Shown here piece by piece: positions 36,193-45,786 of a DNA stretch of 64,000 nucleotides; positions within the stretch are counted from its first letter, which is position 1; the number at the start of each line of letters is the position of its first letter. The notes beneath the pieces were generated by a model. That model did no database searches and had not been told where the DNA came from. It was given only the letters and a program-made list of their open reading frames with translations. Origin of the DNA: Planctomycetota bacterium (lineage in GTDB: Bacteria; Planctomycetota; MHYJ01; JACPRB01); the NCBI GenBank assembly GCA_016209705.1, contig JACQVR010000065.1, positions 965-64,964 on the forward strand, read 5' to 3'. The position numbers were made by a program, and so were the translations under genes.

Positions 36193-37659
36193 CTAAACAC
36201 CTCCCGGGATCGCCGCGCGAACGAGGAGCGCCACCACGCGATCGCTGCCCAGCCCCAGCGCCGCCACGCCCCCGCCCAGAAGCGCGCACGCGGCGACCAG
36301 GCCGGCGGGACCCTCGCGCTCCGGGCAGGCTTCGCCGGAACGCGCGAAGTAGAGCCGCTCCACGATGCGGAAGGCATAGAACGCGCTCGCCAAGCTCCCG
36401 GCGACGATCGCGAAAGCCATTCCCGGTCGGCCCGACTCCAGTGCGCCCATCAGGACGTACCATTTCCCGAAGAAGCCGCACAAAGGCGGCAGACCCACGA
36501 GCGAGAAGGCGGCCACGGCCATCGCGGCGGCCGTCCAGGGCGCGCGCGCCCGCACGCGCGCCAGGTCGCCCACCTCGCGCACGCCGAAGCGGTGCGCCAG
36601 CTCGGCCGCGCCCACGAAGAGCGTCGCCTTCATCAGCGCGTCGTTCGCGAGGTGGAGGATCGCGCCCGTCAGCGCCGCCGCGTTGGCCAGACCGATCCCG
36701 AGGACCACCAGACCCATCTGCGAGACGCTCGAGTAGGCCAGCAGCCGGCGCAGATCGGCCTCGCGCGCCGCCAGCAGCGCGCCGGCGATCAACGCGACCG
36801 CTCCCGTCACGCAGAGCAGATCGGCCACGATCGGCGCGCGCCCCAGCCCCGCGGGGCCGTAGACCCAGAACAGGATGCGGATGAGCGCGTAGGCGGAAAC
36901 CTTCGTGACCAGCGGCGCCATGAGCGCCGCGGCCGATAACGGCGCCCGCGCGTAGGCCCCCGGCATCCAGCCGTGCAGGGGAAAGAGCCCCATCTTGATG
37001 GCCAGTCCGCTGATCATGAACGCCAACGCCAGGATCGTCAGGCGCGGATCGGCCCCGGCCGCGATCCGGGCCGCGGCATCGTCCATGTTCAGCGTGCCCG
37101 TGGCCGCGTACACATGACCCACGCCCAGGAGGTACAAGGAGGCGCCCAAGCTGCCGATCACCAGGTACCGCACCGCCGCGCGCGGAGCCCCGCGCCCCCC
37201 GGAGGCCACGAGCGCGTACGCGCTGAGCGAGGCCACTTCGAGGTGAACGAAGAGATTGAAAAGGTCGGCGGAGGCGATCATGCCCATCAGTCCGCTGACC
37301 AGGAGCAGCGCGCAGGTGTTGAATCCGGGCTCGCGCTCGCCGAGCTCCCGCCGCCGCACGTCGCCCAGGGCGCCGTGCACGATCAGCGCCGTCGCCGCCA
37401 CGAACGCGGCCACGAACGCGCTCAGCGCGTCCAACCTCCACTCGATGCCCAGCGGAGGCGCCCAGCCGCCCATATGGGTGACGAGCCGTTCGCCCGCCGC
37501 CGCGAGCGCCGCGCCGGCGAAGGACAGCGCCGCCGTCGCCGCCAGCGCGCCCAGCGCGATCCAGCGCGCCGCGCCCCGCAGGTATCCCCCCAGCGCGCCG
37601 CAGAGGAGCGCGCTCAAGAACGGGACGAGGAACAGGAGGGCCGGCAGGGTGGAGTTCAT
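36193..37659 (-). CDS. mrpD: MrpD/NuoM-like antiporter subunit
   Basis: LFPLHGWMPGAYARAP, multiple TM helices; ATGA coupling to mrpC. Confidence 0.75.
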   Translation of the reverse strand: MNSTLPALLFLVPFLSALLCGALGGYLRGAARWIALGALAATAALSFAGAALAAAGERLVTHMGGWAPPLGIEWRLDALSAFVAAFVAATALIVHGALGDVRRRELGEREPGFNTCALLLVSGLMGMIASADLFNLFVHLEVASLSAYALVASGGRGAPRAAVRYLVIGSLGASLYLLGVGHVYAATGTLNMDDAAARIAAGADPRLTILALAFMISGLAIKMGLFPLHGWMPGAYARAPLSAAALMAPLVTKVSAYALIRILFWVYGPAGLGRAPIVADLLCVTGAVALIAGALLAAREADLRRLLAYSSVSQMGLVVLGIGLANAAALTGAILHLANDALMKATLFVGAAELAHRFGVREVGDLARVRARAPWTAAAMAVAAFSLVGLPPLCGFFGKWYVLMGALESGRPGMAFAIVAGSLASAFYAFRIVERLYFARSGEACPEREGPAGLVAACALLGGGVAALGLGSDRVVALLVRAAIPGGV

Positions 37660-38012
37660 GGTTCCTCCTCCGGCCGGCGCCGCTCCACGATCGATCCTTC
37701 CTCCTCCTGAAGCCGGCGCAGGATCGCCAGCGCCACGCCCAGCGTCGAGACCGCCACCACGATGGCCGTCAACATCAGGGCGTGCGGCAGGGGATTGTTC
37801 AGCGGGCGATCGTCGCCCTCCGCCAGGATAGGCACCGTGGCGCCGTCGCGCACGGCCAGCAGCACGAAGAAGAGGATGATGCCCGACTGCGCGAGCGACA
37901 GGCCGACGATCGTCTTGAATAGATTCTGATGCGTCAGCACGAGGTACAGTCCCAGCATCACCAGGGCGGCATACGGCAGGTACGGTCCGCGCGCGAAGAG
38001 ATAATCGATCAC
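37656..38012 (-). CDS. mrpC: MrpC/NuoK-like small antiporter subunit
   Basis: GTG start at 38012 overlapping upstream TGA; 3 TM ~118 aa. Confidence 0.65.
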   Translation of the reverse strand: MIDYLFARGPYLPYAALVMLGLYLVLTHQNLFKTIVGLSLAQSGIILFFVLLAVRDGATVPILAEGDDRPLNNPLPHALMLTAIVVAVSTLGVALAILRRLQEEEGSIVERRRPEEEP

Positions 38013-38452
38013 GGCGAGACCTCCTTGTCGCCGGCGAGGCTCTGGAAGAGCGAAACCATGACGCCCGCCACCGCCAGCGCCACGCTCGCTTCGACGATGA
38101 GAATGCCCACCCAGCGCCGTTGCGCCGGTTCCAGCGACGGCAAGGGAAGCGCGGCGTAGTCGAGCATCGGCCGGCCGGCCAGCAAGGGGATGGCGGCGAG
38201 CGTCGCGTACGCCAACACGCCCGCCGCGGCCAGTGCCGCCGAGCCGCGCTGGGACAGCATGAGAGACGGAGTCGCGCGCCCGTGCACGAGCATCATCAGG
38301 ATCATCGACGCGCCCAGCAGCACGCCCCCTTGGAAGCCGCCGCCCGGGCTCGTGTGCCCGTGAAAGACCACGTACAGCGCGAAGATCTGGAGGCACGCCA
38401 CGAGCGGGCCCAGGAGGACGCGCAGCATCAGGCTGTCGAAGGGCGCCGTCAT
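38009..38452 (-). CDS. mrpB: MrpB/MnhB antiporter subunit
   Basis: Signature HGHTSPGGGFQGG. Confidence 0.75.
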   Translation of the reverse strand: MTAPFDSLMLRVLLGPLVACLQIFALYVVFHGHTSPGGGFQGGVLLGASMILMMLVHGRATPSLMLSQRGSAALAAAGVLAYATLAAIPLLAGRPMLDYAALPLPSLEPAQRRWVGILIVEASVALAVAGVMVSLFQSLAGDKEVSP

Positions 38453-38976
38453 GGCTTCCTCCCCAGGAGCAGGATGCAGGCCATCGCGGCGGTCAAGATC
38501 ACCGTCGTTTCGATGAGCGTGTCGAAGCTGCGGTAGTCCGCCAGCACGGCGGTCACGACGTTCGGGGTGGCCGTGTCCTGAAGCGCGCGTTCGATATACG
38601 CCGGCGCCACGTGGCGGGTCGGCGCGGACTGGGGATCGCCGAAGGGCGGCAGCGCGTCGATGCCCCAGAGCAGCACGAAGCCGATCGCCCCGACGCCGGC
38701 CAGCGCCGCCGCGCGGGCCAATGGACCCTGGCGGACGACTTCCCGCGGATCGATGCGGCGCAGCAGCGTCATCAGAAGGACCGTCGAGATGCTCGCGCCG
38801 ACGACCGCTTCGGTGAACGCGACGTCGACCGCACCGAGAACCGCCAGGAGCACGGCGATCAGGCCGCTGAACGCCGACAGAAGCGCCATCGTCGCGAAGA
38901 GGTCCCGCACGCGGATGAGCGCGATTCCCAGCGCCACCAGCATGACGCTCAGCAACCCGCCGATATAGGGATTCAT
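38449..38976 (-). CDS. MnhB-related/DUF4040-type membrane subunit (MrpA C-terminal-domain-like, MbhD/E-like)
   Basis: DYRSFDTLIETTVILTA motif; start MNPYIGGLL at 38976 overlapping mrpG stop. Confidence 0.6.
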   Translation of the reverse strand: MNPYIGGLLSVMLVALGIALIRVRDLFATMALLSAFSGLIAVLLAVLGAVDVAFTEAVVGASISTVLLMTLLRRIDPREVVRQGPLARAAALAGVGAIGFVLLWGIDALPPFGDPQSAPTRHVAPAYIERALQDTATPNVVTAVLADYRSFDTLIETTVILTAAMACILLLGRKP

Positions 38977-39287
38977 GATTTCACCTTCGGCGGCGCCCAG
39001 GGAGCATGTCCTGCTTCCATCGCCGCCCGCGCGAGCATGTGGCCCACCAGCGGGCACGTCAGATAAAGAAATCCGATGGCCAGAAGCAGCTTGAACGCCG
39101 TCAGCGAGAAGCCCAGATGGAACGCGGCGCCCAAGAGCACGAGCGGGCCGCCCAGCGTGTCGGTGACCCCCACCACGTGAAGCCGGCAGTAAAGGTCGGG
39201 AAAGCGCACCAAGCCCACGCTGGCCACGAGCTGGAAGAAGAGTCCCGTCGCGAAGAGCCCCGTGCCGATCATCTCCATCGCCGTCAT
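38973..39287 (-). CDS. mrpG: MrpG/MnhG antiporter subunit
   Basis: ~104 aa 3 TM; RLHVVGVTDTLGGPL motif. Confidence 0.65.
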   Translation of the reverse strand: MTAMEMIGTGLFATGLFFQLVASVGLVRFPDLYCRLHVVGVTDTLGGPLVLLGAAFHLGFSLTAFKLLLAIGFLYLTCPLVGHMLARAAMEAGHAPWAPPKVKS

Positions 39288-39550
39288 AGCCCGCCTCTCT
39301 CTTTCACGTACTTGGCCAGCAGCAGCGTCGTCACCAGGTTCAGCAGATAAAACGCCAGCGCGATGTCCACGAACATGTCCGCGCGCGCATAGAGCAGCCC
39401 CACCAGGACCATGAGCACCGCGATTTTCGTTCCGATGCCGTTGAGCGCGACCACGCGGTCGAAGACGGTGGGGCCCGCGATCACGCGTCCCAGGTAAGGG
39501 ATCGCCAGGATGAGCGTCGCCACAGTGGCCGCCAGGAAGACGTGCGTCAT
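39284..39550 (-). CDS. mrpF: MrpF/MnhF antiporter subunit
   Basis: ~88 aa two-TM product MTHVFLAATVATLILAIPYL...; ATGA overlap with mrpE stop. Confidence 0.6.
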   Translation of the reverse strand: MTHVFLAATVATLILAIPYLGRVIAGPTVFDRVVALNGIGTKIAVLMVLVGLLYARADMFVDIALAFYLLNLVTTLLLAKYVKERGGL

Positions 39551-40032
39551 GGGCCGCCTCCCCGAAAGACGCCGCCGACGCGGCGCACGACGTCGCCCGT
39601 CTCGATCTCGCGAGCGGAAACCGGGTCCAGAGCGTGCACCGTCATGAGGTCCGGAGCGATGTCCAGCGTCACGGTGCCGGGCGTCAACGTGATGGAGCAC
39701 CCCGCCAGCGTGAGGGCGCGCTCATCGGAGAGGCTGGGCACGGCGCGCACCACGCGCGGCGCCAGGGAAGCGCGCGGGGCGAGCGCCAACCGCGCCACCC
39801 GGAGGTTGGACTTGAGCACTTGCCAGAGCAGCCAGGGCACATAACCCGCGAAGCGTCCCAGCGGGAAACGCTCGTCCGTGCGCGGGCGGGCCAGGAACGC
39901 GACTCCCAGCGCCGCCGCTCCCCCGGCGCCCAGGTGAAGGACGTCCATCTTGCCCGATAGCAGAATCCAGATCCCCCAGAGGAAGCCGGCGATGGTCAGG
40001 AACCGAAGCAAGCGCATGGTCTTTCCTTTCAT
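39547..40032 (-). CDS. mrpE: MrpE/MnhE antiporter subunit
   Basis: LTLAGCSITLTPGTVTLDIAPD motif typical of MrpE; start MKGKTMRLL. Confidence 0.65.
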   Translation of the reverse strand: MKGKTMRLLRFLTIAGFLWGIWILLSGKMDVLHLGAGGAAALGVAFLARPRTDERFPLGRFAGYVPWLLWQVLKSNLRVARLALAPRASLAPRVVRAVPSLSDERALTLAGCSITLTPGTVTLDIAPDLMTVHALDPVSAREIETGDVVRRVGGVFRGGGP

Positions 40033-40036
40033 GGAA

Positions 40037-40861
40037 TCATTCGATGGCTTCCAGGAATGAAAGCGTGGAATTGTCGCGGACCACCCAGACGGGGAGCGGC
40101 GAGGAAAGCACGACGCGTTCCGCAACGCTTCCGAACAGCAGCGTGACAGCGGGGGACCGCCGGCGCGAACCGAGCACGATCTGCCCGTAGCGGCCGGTCC
40201 GCGCTTCGCGGAGAATCGTGGAGGCGGCGTGGCCGCCCAGGAGCGCGCGGCACCGCACCGGGCGGTCCGTCCCGAGCTCGGCGCGGAAGACGGCGAGATC
40301 GCGCCGGACGCGCGCCTCCATGCTCCGCGCGAACTCGGCATAGCTCGGGCCGAGCTTGTGATAGCCGGTGGGCACTTCGAAGACGTGCAGCAGGTCCATC
40401 GGCCTCTCTTCAGCCGCCGCCAGGCGGGCCGCGAAGCGAGCCGCGCGCATCGAGTCGGGTCCGAAATCGATCGGAACGAGCAGCGGCCCGCGCGGAGCGG
40501 AAGCGCCGGGAGGAAGCGTCAGGATCGAGCACGCGGCGCGGCGCAGCAGCCGCTGGGTCAGCATGCCCGATTCGGCGGTGACGATCAGGTCGCAATCGCA
40601 GGCCTGTTCCAGCGCCCCTTCGACGGGATCCCCGGCTCGCGCCACGAAGCACACGCGGGCCCACGTGGCCGACCACACCAGGCGCTCCCAGGCGCCGTCC
40701 GGAGATTCGGACATCCGCGCCGCGTGCAGGACGGTGAGGTGCTCGCAGGCGAAGCGCCGCTCGAGATCCAAGGCCGCGTTCAGCACGGACTCGCGCGTCC
40801 GCGGCTCGGTGACGAGCGCCAGGATCGTCCGCGTCGGAACTCCGGCCTTCGCATCACGCAT
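40037..40861 (-). CDS. Universal stress protein, tandem UspA domains
   Basis: RTILALVTEP... and GPLLVPIDFGPDS...LGSVAERVVLSSPLPVWVV USP motifs. Confidence 0.7.
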   Translation of the reverse strand: MRDAKAGVPTRTILALVTEPRTRESVLNAALDLERRFACEHLTVLHAARMSESPDGAWERLVWSATWARVCFVARAGDPVEGALEQACDCDLIVTAESGMLTQRLLRRAACSILTLPPGASAPRGPLLVPIDFGPDSMRAARFAARLAAAEERPMDLLHVFEVPTGYHKLGPSYAEFARSMEARVRRDLAVFRAELGTDRPVRCRALLGGHAASTILREARTGRYGQIVLGSRRRSPAVTLLFGSVAERVVLSSPLPVWVVRDNSTLSFLEAIE

Positions 40862-40874
40862 CGCCGGAGGTAGG

Positions 40875-40890
40875 TGCAAGCGGCGTGCCA
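40875..40890 (-). promoter_or_regulatory. Sigma-54 promoter (minus strand) TGGCACG-CCGC-TTGCA, consensus-perfect, immediately upstream of usp-mrp operon and downstream of sigma-54 activator gene
   Basis: Plus-strand tgcaagcggcgtgcca = reverse complement TGGCACGCCGCTTGCA; predicted TSS ~40864 makes the usp mRNA nearly leaderless. Confidence 0.5.
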
Positions 40891-40918
40891 CGCGCGCGGG
40901 ATGCTTGGAAGCTATATC

Positions 40919-42271
40919 TTAATCGGATCCACGGAGCTTGCGGTAGAGCGTGGCGCGGTCGATCTCCAGCATCCGCGCCGCTCGCGCCTTGTTGCGGCCG
41001 ACGTGTTGATAAACCCACGCGACGTAGTCACGGACGTGCTGAGCCAGTGGCTTGATCTCGATGGGCGGCATGGCCGCGCCGCCGGTCGCTGCGCGCGCCG
41101 GAAGCAGGAGGCCCGTGAGATCGGCGATTTCGATCCGGCCGCCGCCGGGTTTCATGGCGACCAGGCGCTGGAGGACGTTTTCAAGCTCGCGCACGTTGCC
41201 GGGCCAGGAGTGGGCCATCAGGACCTCCAGGACGCCCGTCGCGAAACCCGCGGCGGGGCGGCCGCTCTCGCGGGCCAGACCGCGCAGGATGTGTTCGCAC
41301 AGCAGCGGGAGATCCGCCAGGCGCGCCCGCAGCGGAGGCAAGTAGATCGGGAAGACATGGATGCGATAGAACAGATCCTCGCGAAACCGTCCGGCGTGGA
41401 CTTCGCTCATGAGATCGCGATTGGTCGCGGTGATGAGCCGGAAGTCGACGCGGGTGGGCCGCGAGGATCCGACGCGGTGGATCGTCTTGTCCTGTAGCAC
41501 GCGCAGGAGCTTCACTTGCGTCGCCAGAGGCAGCTCGCCGATCTCATCGAGAAAGAGCGTCCCGCCGTGGGCCGCTTCGATGAATCCGACGCGCTCGGCG
41601 CCGGCGCCGGTGAACGCGCCGCGCACGTACCCGAAGAGCTCGCTTTCCAGCAGGCTGTCGGGAATCGACGCCGGATGCACGGCGACGAAGGGCGCCTCCC
41701 GCCGCGGCGACGAACGATGAATGGCGCGGGCGACGAGCTCCTTGCCGGTCCCGCTTTCGCCGTAGAGGGCCGCGGGCACGCTCGTGCTCGCCGCGCGCGA
41801 GATGAGGCGGTAGACGTTCCGCATCTCCTCGCTGATGCCGATGAGTCCGGGGAAAAGCTCCTGGGAGGCGAGGTCATCGCGCCCCGCGGACAGCTCGCGC
41901 AATCGCCGGACCTCGCGCACGTGTTCGATCAGGAATTGCACGTGCTCGGCCCGCACCGGCTGGACGATGAACCCTTCCACCCCGCACTTGATCGCCTCCC
42001 GGTCGTGCTCCCGAAGCTGCCGGTCGGTGACGACGAGCAGCGAGAGGTCCGGATACGCGTGACGCAAACCCAGCACGAGATCGATTCCCCGGCTCGATTC
42101 GATCGCCAAGTCGATGATCGCCGCGTCGAACAAGGCGGTCTCCAGGATCTTCTGCGCCTCGTTCAGATTCATGGCGACCGATACTGTGATTCCCTCGACG
42201 GCCTCCGCGGCCGTCCGGATCCTGCCGGATAAGGCTTGCCCCGCCGCGACCAAGACCCGGAAAATGTTCAT
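40919..42271 (-). CDS. Sigma-54-dependent transcriptional activator (NtrC family; atypical receiver, AAA+, HTH)
   Basis: [29 protein letters not shown]-terminal [18 protein letters not shown]. Confidence 0.85.
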   Translation of the reverse strand: MNIFRVLVAAGQALSGRIRTAAEAVEGITVSVAMNLNEAQKILETALFDAAIIDLAIESSRGIDLVLGLRHAYPDLSLLVVTDRQLREHDREAIKCGVEGFIVQPVRAEHVQFLIEHVREVRRLRELSAGRDDLASQELFPGLIGISEEMRNVYRLISRAASTSVPAALYGESGTGKELVARAIHRSSPRREAPFVAVHPASIPDSLLESELFGYVRGAFTGAGAERVGFIEAAHGGTLFLDEIGELPLATQVKLLRVLQDKTIHRVGSSRPTRVDFRLITATNRDLMSEVHAGRFREDLFYRIHVFPIYLPPLRARLADLPLLCEHILRGLARESGRPAAGFATGVLEVLMAHSWPGNVRELENVLQRLVAMKPGGGRIEIADLTGLLLPARAATGGAAMPPIEIKPLAQHVRDYVAWVYQHVGRNKARAARMLEIDRATLYRKLRGSD

Positions 42272-42507
42272 GGTGTCAGTGTAGAATAATACAACAGTAA
42301 ATTGAAGCAGAGGTTGCAGAAGTAATCATCACTATTGAGGGTTGTTGCGCGGATCAAGAGCGATTTTAGGAGTCGCTTCGATTCAGTTTCCGAGCTACTC
42401 CCGATGATGCGCTCGTGCTTCTTCTCGTCTCCCACGTTTTCATCTCCCGGCGCCTCCGGATGGGGTATTATTTTCTGCGGAGCACTCGAATTGGCATGGG
42501 GCGATCT

Positions 42508-43926
42508 ATGCGATTCTCGATATCCTCGGCCTTGCGCCTTGTTGTTGGAATGGTCCCACTCCTGACCTGCACGTGTTTTCTCGACCTCTCGGAATCCGGA
42601 TCGAGCTCCGCTCGGGTTGTCCGAGCGGCGCCTCTGAATGTCTCGGCTGGAGCGCTGCGCCTCGACGCTTCGCCCGCCGGCCCGGTCGCTCAATCGGTCG
42701 ACGTGAACGCCATCGGGGCTTCCGGCGTGGCGTCCGAATACGACTTCACCTCGCCGGGCGGCACGGCGATGTCGTTCGCCGTCTCCACGAGTCTCGTCGG
42801 TAACCAAGGCGCGGTCGAAATCTCCGTGGCCCGCGTCAATCCGGACGGCGCGTCGGTGTCGCCCAACCCTCTGTGGGATCTGTGGAACGACGGACTGCGC
42901 GTCTCCGGCGCGGGGACGTTCGTTCGAGGTTCCGAGATCGTCGCGCGGGGCGATGGGTTCACCCGGCTGACGATCACCGGGGCGATCCAGGATACCGAAC
43001 TGCTCCGGATTCGATCGTATGACCCCTCGGGCGGGATCACGGATACCTCGCTCGTCCGCATTCGCCCCGGCGAGGAGTCCGAGATCAATTTGTCGATCCC
43101 GTCGCCCTTGTCGGAGTACGACGGCCTCAAAGACCTGCTCACGATCTACAGCAGCCAGTCCGCCGTGTTCGGAATGCCCACGGTGGCGGTCTCGGGAGAT
43201 CGGGTCAGCATCGTTTGTTATGAAGGCGATCAAAGCCCCGAATACTATTGGCCGCTGGACAAGTATGAGCTGCGCATGCAGTACGACATGACCTCCGGCG
43301 CGGCGACCGGCGGGGGAAGCGAAGAGACCAATCAAGACAGCGGGAATTGGCGGGATCACGAAATCGCCGGGCTTTACAACGTGCTGGCCTTGGTTCATTG
43401 CGACGGATGGAGCGTCTCCGTCAGGCTTTCCTTCGATCGCGGCGCGTCGTTTGGCCAGAATGTTTCTTTGGACAACCTCACGGGCGGCGGCCGGCGATTG
43501 ATTCAAGTCGCCATGGCGGCCGATTACACGCTGGGCATCGCGTACTGGAGCGAAGCGGACCGAAGCGCACAACTCAAGTATGTGGAAGGACACCCCTCGC
43601 AGGTGGACGCCTTCGGTTCGCTGCTTCGATACCAGTTCGGCACGTCGCATACCCTGTATTCGGCGTCCGCGCCGGATGGATATATCCCCGCCGTCATCGG
43701 CATGGACTTTACGTCCGGAGGAGATCTTGTCATCGTGTATAACGAATCGACGCGCGCTTCCTTCGGCGGGGACGGCGGTCCGATCATGGTCGCCGACAGC
43801 GCGGCCGCCGCGGAGGGCGGCTTCCAGGCCGCCGAACCGCCGCCGTTGGCTCCGGGCATGACGGAGGCGCTGCCGCCGCCGGATCCCGACGACGCGAATC
43901 AGCTCCGAATCTTAAGGCTCCCGTAG
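42508..43926 (+). CDS. Secreted hypothetical protein (S/G/T-rich)
   Basis: Signal MRFSISSALRLVVGMVPLLTCTCFL; no recognisable domain. Confidence 0.4.
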   Translation: MRFSISSALRLVVGMVPLLTCTCFLDLSESGSSSARVVRAAPLNVSAGALRLDASPAGPVAQSVDVNAIGASGVASEYDFTSPGGTAMSFAVSTSLVGNQGAVEISVARVNPDGASVSPNPLWDLWNDGLRVSGAGTFVRGSEIVARGDGFTRLTITGAIQDTELLRIRSYDPSGGITDTSLVRIRPGEESEINLSIPSPLSEYDGLKDLLTIYSSQSAVFGMPTVAVSGDRVSIVCYEGDQSPEYYWPLDKYELRMQYDMTSGAATGGGSEETNQDSGNWRDHEIAGLYNVLALVHCDGWSVSVRLSFDRGASFGQNVSLDNLTGGGRRLIQVAMAADYTLGIAYWSEADRSAQLKYVEGHPSQVDAFGSLLRYQFGTSHTLYSASAPDGYIPAVIGMDFTSGGDLVIVYNESTRASFGGDGGPIMVADSAAAAEGGFQAAEPPPLAPGMTEALPPPDPDDANQLRILRLP

Positions 43927-45174
43927 CCTGACGTCGACGTACGCGCTGAACGTCATCGCGCGGTCGCGCCGCCGGCGCGCCTCGTTGATGAGCGTGTCGA
44001 TGGAGCGCTTCACCTTGCTGCCGTGAACCTTCTTGCCGTTGACCGTGATGACCACCGGCTTATCCAGATCGACCATGGCATCGTCCAGCCACACGCGCAG
44101 TTGCTTCACTTCCTCGCACGTCACGTTGATCGCGTTGCCCGCCCGGCGCGCGCGGATGAGCACGGGGGGCCGGAATTCCGCGCGCGTCTCGCTCTCGCGT
44201 CCGGACATGTCGAGATGCGTCACCAGAATCGGCTGAGCGTTGGTTCGCTTCGTCGCCTCGACCCAGTAGGCGCCCGGGAAGGCTTTCTCGTACGTCTTCC
44301 AGACGACCTCGTCCGGATACGTGCGGCGGCGCCGCTCCTCGAACCAGGCCGCGATTTCGGCGTCGTTGCCGAGCGTCCAGTCGTGGCCGCCGTCGGCGTG
44401 CTCGCGATAATCCAGATCGTACTTGAGGGCGGCGATCGCGTCCTTGGCCGCGCGCACGATGTCGATGGGGATCAGTTGGTCTTTCGCGCCGACGACCCAG
44501 TGGATCGGCAGGTTGCTGAAGTTCTCGCACAGCATCGGAATGAGCGTGCCGTCCTTCTTGCGCCGCACGTCAGGCGCGCCGCAGCGCGGGGCGATGGCGG
44601 CGAAGCGGTCCGGAACGTATTCGGCGAGATCGAACGTCCCGCCGGCGCCCATCGACATCCCGTCGAGGACGATGCGGTTGGGATCCACGTTCAGCTCGCG
44701 GGTCAATTCGTCGATCGCGGTGAGGACATGCGAGTGTCCCTGGCGCGAACTCCAGGTATGGCGAACCGTCGTCGGCGCCAGCACGATGAAACGCTCGCGA
44801 ACCGCGGCGTTCCGCAGCCACATGCGGATCCAGCCTGAGCCCGCCTTATCATGACCGCCACGGTTCGTGCCGTGGAGCGTCACGAGCAACGGCCACGATT
44901 TCGCCGGGTCGTACGATCTCGGCACGTGGAACGCGTACCCGAAGGCCTCGCCGTCGTGGAGCGTCTTGCTGCGGCGTTCGACCACTTCGCCGAGCGGGCA
45001 CGTCGCCTCGCCATACGTGCGCGTTCGGACGCAGCGCTCGACGGCGGAGAACTCGTGCCGGCGCAGTTCCGCGCAGAGCGCCCGGCGCTTTTCGCGATCG
45101 TTCTCCGCGAGGGCGCGTTCCACGAAATCCTGAAGGGGGACTTGCGCGAGGGCGAGAAGCAAGAGCGCCGTCAT
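43912..45174 (-). CDS. Secreted alpha/beta hydrolase (esterase/peptidase-type, GxSxG)
   Basis: Signal MTALLLLALAQ; LHGTNRGG and nucleophile elbow GMSMGAGG. Confidence 0.6.
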   Translation of the reverse strand: MTALLLLALAQVPLQDFVERALAENDREKRRALCAELRRHEFSAVERCVRTRTYGEATCPLGEVVERRSKTLHDGEAFGYAFHVPRSYDPAKSWPLLVTLHGTNRGGHDKAGSGWIRMWLRNAAVRERFIVLAPTTVRHTWSSRQGHSHVLTAIDELTRELNVDPNRIVLDGMSMGAGGTFDLAEYVPDRFAAIAPRCGAPDVRRKKDGTLIPMLCENFSNLPIHWVVGAKDQLIPIDIVRAAKDAIAALKYDLDYREHADGGHDWTLGNDAEIAAWFEERRRRTYPDEVVWKTYEKAFPGAYWVEATKRTNAQPILVTHLDMSGRESETRAEFRPPVLIRARRAGNAINVTCEEVKQLRVWLDDAMVDLDKPVVITVNGKKVHGSKVKRSIDTLINEARRRRDRAMTFSAYVDVRLREP

Positions 45175-45281
45175 ATTCTTTAAGACTGTTCCGGAACAGC
45201 GTCTCCATGCACGGCGGTCGAAGCGGTTTATTCTCGATTCGCTGTTGCATTATTCATGGGTCATGATATGATAGTTTCAGC

Positions 45282-45725
45282 ATGGACCCGCGCCTTCAAA
45301 CCCCGATCGGGCCCGATGGGGCGCATGCACCTCAGGAGAGCCGCTCCGGCCGGAAGGCGGAGCGGTTCCAGGTTCACGATTACGTCCTCACCGTGACGAA
45401 GTCCGGCGGATTGGTCCCCCTGGGAAAGAAAAGGAACCTGGCGGTCCGGCTCGTCGATGTGAGCGCGATGGGAGCGCTGGTGGAGAGCGTCGAGGAGCTG
45501 GCGCGGGAGTCCAAGGTCCGCTTCTCCCTCCATCTCACCAAGTTCGAGGATACGCTTCACGCCGAAGGGACGGTGGTGAGGGTCTTCCGGAAACGGCGCG
45601 GCGACAACGAGGTGTGGCACGCCGGAATCAAGTTCGGCCCGATGGATCCCGCCACCGTCAGGCTCGTGAACCACATGGCGAGCTGGTTCACCTCTTATCA
45701 AGCCAGGTTTCGCAAGAGCCGCTGA
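45282..45725 (+). CDS. PilZ domain protein (c-di-GMP receptor-like)
   Basis: RKAERFQV ... VRLVDVSAMGALV (RxxxR / DxSxxG). Confidence 0.6.
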   Translation: MDPRLQTPIGPDGAHAPQESRSGRKAERFQVHDYVLTVTKSGGLVPLGKKRNLAVRLVDVSAMGALVESVEELARESKVRFSLHLTKFEDTLHAEGTVVRVFRKRRGDNEVWHAGIKFGPMDPATVRLVNHMASWFTSYQARFRKSR

Positions 45726-45786
45726 ACCGTTTCGCTTCCCGGCGGCTTTGGGTTATCATTTCCGTCGTCGACGTGAAGTCGAACTT

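Noticed and set aside
36191-37441. 5' extension of the 905-aa minus-strand ORF (34724..37441)
   Set aside because: N-terminal two thirds are R/G-rich nonsense overlapping mrpD. The real gene starts at ATG 36190, 2 nt after the upstream TAG, and begins MDPRVLGAMAAPF.
42491-42512. TGGCATGGGGCGATCTATGC as a possible sigma-54 promoter
   Set aside because: GG-to-GC spacing is wrong and it overlaps the start codon of the downstream gene.
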